Shown: in pieces, positions 23,033-28,045 of the stretch
Layout of the letters: each line of letters opens with the position of its first letter
Numbering within the stretch: position 1 is the first letter of the stretch
DNA from: Octopus sinensis
Taxonomy: Eukaryota
DNA length: 28,045 nt
Reading direction: 5' to 3'
NCBI RefSeq assembly: GCF_006345805.1
Contig: NW_021827560.1
Coordinates: forward strand, 1 to 28,045
Made by a program: the position numbers and the translations under genes
The notes under the pieces: model-generated
Told to the model about the DNA's origin: nothing
The model's input: only the letters and a program-made list of their open reading frames with translations
Databases searched by the model: none

Positions 23033-23205
23033 AGGTGGTGAGGTGGCAGAAACATTAGCATGTGGGGCAAAATGCTTAGTGCCATTTCGTCCGTCTTTGT
23101 GTTCTGAGTTCAAATTCCACCGATGTTTACTTTGCTTGTCATCCTTTCGGGGGTCAATATAATAAGTAGTGAGGTCGATGTAACCGACTCATCCCCTCCC
23201 TCAGC
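23033..23205 (+). mobile_element. Family-M SINE inserted next to (TTA)n
   Basis: aggtggtgaggtggcagaaacattagc (box A region), gagttcaaattcc at 23106-23118 (box B), core catcctttcggggtc. Confidence 0.88.
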
Positions 23206-23417
23206 TATTATTAGATGAGAAGCCATGAGTTCCACTGCTTCGTACTGCATCAAGGAATTTATTATTATTATTATCATTGTTATTATTGTTATTATTGTTG
23301 ATGTTGTTGTTATCATTAATATCATTATGATGATTCGTATAAACAGCCAGATCAAACTGTTTGGAAAGTCAAATTCCTAACATCGAGTTACAACAAGTAA
23401 CCCTAAGATGCTAAGTA

Positions 23418-23570
23418 TATTGCCCTTACCCTGCGATAACATTTTCTTCAGATCCTTTCCCTCATCACTGAATGTTTGATTCCATCCTCCTCAAATACCC
23501 CTAGGTATTTGTAGCCCTCCGCTGGTTCTAAATCCTTTATGACATTCTGCTGGTCAAGATTCACACTGGA
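23418..23570 (-). mobile_element. R4/Dong-clade non-LTR retrotransposon RT fragment
   Basis: SSVNLDQQNVIKDLEPAEGYKYLGVFEEDGIKHSVMRERI*RKCYRRVRAI matches the R4-type pattern YKYLG..E.D.IKH..MKEKI.KEY.RRVR.I. Confidence 0.8.
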
Positions 23571-23584
23571 TGGTTTTTTGTCGA

Positions 23585-23677
23585 TAGTTGGTGAATTCTG
23601 CCACAATCCTTTACTTCAGTTCATCTTTGTTGTTACAAGGAGTTTGTTGCTCTCTCGCTCAACTGCGCCCCACACAT
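23585..23677 (-). mobile_element. Small inverted fragment of the same mariner/maT transposase as 24000-24600
   Basis: VWGAVERESNK.PCNNKDELK*RIVAEFTN; DNA aligns with about 24335-24425. Confidence 0.8.
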
Positions 23678-23999
23678 GATAATTTCGGGTACTATTTTGC
23701 ACCTTTATTTATGAATTTTGTGTTTTTGGCATCTATAGTATAATGTATCTAATATATCATAATATATTATCTATCTAGGTATTCTATTGATATACACAGC
23801 ATGCGATGGGGAAAATTGTCGTCATTTTATATTTTTGATTTTACGCATGCGCATTGTTTTTTTTTTTATTTTGTCGATTACACAGTATAATAGGGACAGT
23901 TGGGCACCGTCTGAGAGAAAAAAAGGCATCATGGAATAATTCCCTCTACCAGAAATTTGGAAACGACATGCTGACTGCTAGACATTCTCGCCGTAAGCT

Positions 24000-24600
24000 C
24001 CAATACGAACAGACGGTAAACACACAGAACGACCGTTGACTTGACGTGTCCCCAAAACATTGAAACCAGAGTGATAAAAACCAAACCTCCAGTCAACCGC
24101 ATGTTGCTTGCAGTGATCACAGGGCCGCAGACTCAACACGAAGGCCTACATCAAGTGCCTGGAGGATGTAGTTCAGCCCTGGATCAACAGGGTGGCAGCT
24201 GGAAGATCCTGAATCAGGCAACATGCCATATAAACAGGAGAACCCAGTCATGGCTGTCAGACAATTTCTGCGACCACATCACTCCTAAAATCTAGTCACT
24301 TATCTCCCCAGACTGCAACCCACACGATTACTATGTATGAGGCGCAGTTGGCCGAGAGACGAACAACATTCCTCGTAACACCAAAGATGGACTGAAGGAA
24401 ACGATTATGGCAGAATTTAACAACTTAAAGAAGGAGACCGTCCAGAAGAGTTGCAGGAGATTCCGAAATCGTGGTTCAATCCAATCGCGATTTTATTGAA
24501 TAAATTAACTCTTTAGTATTTCAGTATATTTTGATGTAATTATGGAAAAATATATCTGATAAAATGAGATGTCAGTGTTATTTTCATTTACCGCACCCCG
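24000..24600 (+). mobile_element. Decayed Tc1/mariner (maT/DD37D-like) transposon 3' half with right terminus and TA target
   Basis: EQTVNTQNDR..KTKPPV..RLNTKAYIKCLEDVVQPWINRVAAGR..RRTQSWLSDNFCDHITPKI*..SPDCNPHDYYV*GAVGRETN..NTKDGLK..KETVQKSCRRFRNR; ends ttttcatttaccgcaccccg|TA. Confidence 0.9.
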
Positions 24601-24630
24601 TACACACACACACACACATATGCAAACGCA

Positions 24631-24664
<34 letters not shown>

Positions 24665-24671
<7 letters not shown>

Positions 24672-24783
24672 ATCACGTGACCGACCAGACCATCAGATGT
24701 TGTTACACATCTCTGGTCACAATGCGTTCGCATTGTTTTAGCCTTCGAATGACGCCACCCCGCTGGCTAAGCGAGCAGGCCAA
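24665..24783 (-). mobile_element. Highly structured ~120-bp retroposon 3' fragment inserted in (TA)n
   Basis: (TA)n on both sides; terminal 16-bp palindrome tcacgtgatcacgtga; nested hairpins. From memory it resembles a cephalopod SINE tail. Confidence 0.6.
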
Positions 24784-24809
24784 TATATATATATATATAT
24801 ATTCGGTAT

Positions 24810-24995
24810 GTTGGACCACTGAACTCAACATGTTTTTTTTTTTCATTCTCTCCCTATTTACTTTCTCTTATTCCTTTCTGCTGAAGAGCATAGGCTCAAA
24901 ACGTAAAACTCTTATTTCCCTGAGGGCAAACTGGTACGCTTGTTTGTTGTTTCTGCACCTATATTCGTCATTGCTTTTTCTATGAATTTGAACTA
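24810..24995 (+). mobile_element. Probable Penelope-like terminal-repeat remnant carrying a degenerate minimal hammerhead ribozyme motif (24878-24905)
   Basis: ttt-CTGCTGA-a-GAGC-atag-GCTC-aAAA-CG-TA-aaa fits the PLE type-I minimal hammerhead layout except at two core positions. Confidence 0.55.
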
Positions 24996-25065
24996 TATGT
25001 GCACATTTCGTTTTTGGATTTGGTTTGCAAGATTCTTTATATGATTTCGTATGTTGAAGCATATT

Positions 25066-25225
25066 CTGTTGTGTCTGGGGAGAGTGATTGTCTTTTTGTG
25101 CCTTATAAAATGTTGCAAGACGCAACGAAAGTTTTAGGAAAATAAAAATAAGAAATAAGTGAAAAATTTTACCGGTGTGTTAAATTATAAGGCACAAAAT
25201 AAATGACTCTCCCCAGACACAACAG
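25066..25225. mobile_element. 160-bp MITE with ~41-bp terminal inverted repeats
   Basis: ctgttgtgtctggggagagt...ttttgtgccttataa versus ttataaggcacaaaa...actctccccagacacaacag; outer 20 bp are a perfect match; TA follows the right end. Confidence 0.85.
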
Positions 25226-25227
25226 TA

Positions 25228-25307
<80 letters not shown>

Positions 25308-25433
25308 CAGAGAGAGACAGAGAGAGACAGAGAGAGACAGAGAGATAGAGAGAGACAGAGAGAGAAAGAGACAGATAGATATATATTCATATATATATAT
25401 ATATGTATATATATGCATATATATATATAGGTA

Positions 25434-25482
<49 letters not shown>

Positions 25483-25530
25483 GTGTGTATGTATGTATGT
25501 ATGTATGTATGTATACCTACATATATATAT
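25226..25530. repeat. (TA)n,(GA)n,(GACA)n,(CATA)n compound microsatellite
   Basis: Direct reading. Confidence 0.93.
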
Positions 25531-26499
25531 GCCTCTCTTTTGAGTTCTATTTTCTTCTTTGCTTAAAGAAACCTATATACGAGTATTAATGTTATGTTTG
25601 TGTGTGTGTATTTATTTATATATACACACTTGTCTTTGTGTATATGTAGTATACCTCTGCCTACATGTGTGTCTGTATGTCTGTGTGAGTATGCGCATAT
25701 ATTCCTACATGATATTTTGTATACCCAAATCACTTTTAAGCGTACACACAAGATACCTCACATATGTACCGAACACCTACACATTCACACGCACACATAA
25801 GCACATACATATACATACATGCATATATACATACATGTATATATACATACACGCATGCATACATACAAGCATGCATGCATGTAACCATACATGCATCTGT
25901 ACGTATGTATATATGTACATGCGCTTTTATGTATGCGCAAGTTTCACGAACGATAACTTGATAAAGATAAGACTTTAAGAATCCTTAGACATTCGAAAGA
26001 AACATCTCTTTAGATGCAGAACTTTTCAGAAATCCAATGGTTTAGCTTGTAAAAGGAAGAATAAAAACAAGACGATAACAGAAGACACAACACATGAGTG
26101 TCTCTAAAGTGTGTTGGACTGGAGAAGATTTCATTAGAATTCCTGCCTTCTCGAAGATTCCCTCTCATAAATATTTAACTAAAATGTTGAGATTTGCCAC
26201 CAAATCCAACCGTTACAAGAAGATTTATTTGTATGTATGGAAAGGCACAAAGACATTGATTTCTCTGTTTTGTTTATTGATCTTTGCAACATGAAATATT
26301 ATATAAAACTTATTTCCGTGTCTATCGAAATTGTACAACTTGCTTTAAAGAAAAAAGGAAACTGGCTTAAAAATTGCGTATATAGACACTCACACAATCT
26401 CAGTCATACATACATGTATAGACTTACGTACACATACACAGGCTCACATACGCAACAGATTATACACATGTAATTGTGTATGAGTGCGTATGTGAAACA

Positions 26500-26515
26500 A
26501 AATCTTACACTGAAT

Positions 26516-26609
<94 letters not shown>

Positions 26610-27168
26610 GCTATATATATACACACATATATATATATACATATATACAAATATACATATACATATATATATAAATATGTGTATATATAAACACATATAT
26701 ATTCACATACATATAATGGAGAGAGAGAAAAATACAGATGTGTTGATGTCTTTATTCAGTATATATATATATATTTTGTGTGTGCGTATATATATATGTA
26801 TGTGTGTGTGTGTGTGTGTATGTATATGTATGTATGTATGTATGTATACATGTATATATGTCTGTATATGTGTGTCTGTGTGTGTGAATGTATGCATGTA
26901 TTATGAATGTATGATGTATTTATGTATATAATTATATATGTATGCATGATGTATGCTTGTATGTATGTGTGTGTGTGTGTGTTTGTGTGCATATATACAA
27001 ACATAAAGGTATACACACTCGTACGCATACACGTGTGCACTCGTACAGACGTATGCATACGCATTTACGCTTAGACACACACACACATACTCATGTACAT
27101 TCATACATGGATATACACACATGTACGTGTATATGTTTTTGGGTGTGTATGTATGTGTGTCTCTCTTT

Positions 27169-27235
<67 letters not shown>

Positions 27236-27270
27236 TGTGTGATTGTGTGTATTTGTGTGTGATTGTGTGA
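26500..27270. repeat. (CA)n/(TA)n/(TG)n compound microsatellite field
   Basis: Direct reading. Confidence 0.92.
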
Positions 27271-27371
27271 ATCATAATGGATTTCGAGACTCTGAAAGTG
27301 TAACTTCATAGAGAAATACTTCAAAGTTTTATAATCCGAAATTACAACACAAACAAATCTATTATTGAGGT

Positions 27372-27489
27372 ATATAACAACAACAACAACAACAATAACA
27401 CCAACAACAAAAACCACCACAACAACCACCACCACCACATCAACTACCACCGCAACAACAACAATGACGACGACGACGACGACGACGAC

Positions 27490-27537
<48 letters not shown>

Positions 27538-27960
27538 GATGACGACGACGACGACGATGATGATGATTATGAGGAAGATGATGATTATGAGAAAGATGAC
27601 GACGACGACGATGATGATTATGATGATTATGATGATGACAGCAACGGCGACAACAGCAATGAAAGCAACGACAACATCAACAACTACAATAAAAACAACA
27701 AAAGATGACAACACGAAACACAACACAATACAATAACAACAAAAACACAGAAACACCACCATCATCATCATCGGCGTCAGCAATCATACATCACAACAAT
27801 CTTTACTATTATAATCATACATCTCTCTACAACTATAATCATCGCCGTCGTCGTCGTTGTCGTCGTCGTCATCAACAAACAAAAACGCAAGTACCACCAC
27901 GACAACAACCCCCACCATCACCATCTCCATCATCACCGTAGTCACCAGCATCAGCAACAT
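27372..27960. repeat. (AAC)n/(ACC)n/(GAC)n/(GAT)n trinucleotide field
   Basis: Direct reading. Confidence 0.92.
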
Positions 27961-28045
27961 GGCCATCCACAACGACATGACAGATGGCGTTGCACATCGT
28001 GGCTGTTTGAGCTTACAACAGTTTTAAACTATAACCTACTAAACT

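Noticed and set aside
26030-26300. Candidate terminal exon or ORF 26094..26294
   Set aside because: No recognisable domain, short, and no supporting upstream exons in the window.
27375-27710. Open frame reading as poly-N/poly-D (DDDYEEDDDYEKDDD), reminiscent of acidic biomineral proteins
   Set aside because: No start codon or credible splice sites; it is fully explained by (AAC)/(GAC)/(GAT) microsatellites common in this window.
489-27978. The many Y/I/H/T/V/C-rich ORFs in the supplied track
   Set aside because: They are translations of di-, tri- and tetranucleotide microsatellites, occur on both strands, and have no domain or splice support.

Overview
This is AT-rich eukaryotic non-coding DNA, most likely an octopus intron or intergenic region. 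That assignment is an inference from the very dense di/tri/tetranucleotide microsatellite fields and from SINE and mariner sequences I recognise from cephalopod genomes. I can support no host protein-coding gene, rRNA, true tRNA or CRISPR array. Nearly all ORFs in the track are translations of microsatellites. The real protein homologies are decayed transposon fragments: a Penelope-like (probably Naiad-type) reverse transcriptase at 4521-5727 (-) split by a SINE with an 11-bp TSD, a CR1/L2-type LINE 3' end at 6226-6900 (-), an R4/Dong-type RT piece at 23418-23570 (-), and maT/mariner transposase remnants at 23585-23677 (-) and 24000-24600 (+). The most notable structures are: a 1.5-kb tandem array of a 185-bp SINE-derived monomer that lacks box A and has a mutated box B; a SINE fold-back hairpin; modular SINEs sharing heads and tails, with a covarying stem; two copies of an (AAT)n-associated element; a degenerate Penelope-type hammerhead ribozyme motif; and two MITE-like inverted-repeat elements. 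None of this establishes a new biological system. The array and the SINE modularity are the best leads. Family names come from memory of consensus motifs and need Dfam/RepBase confirmation.
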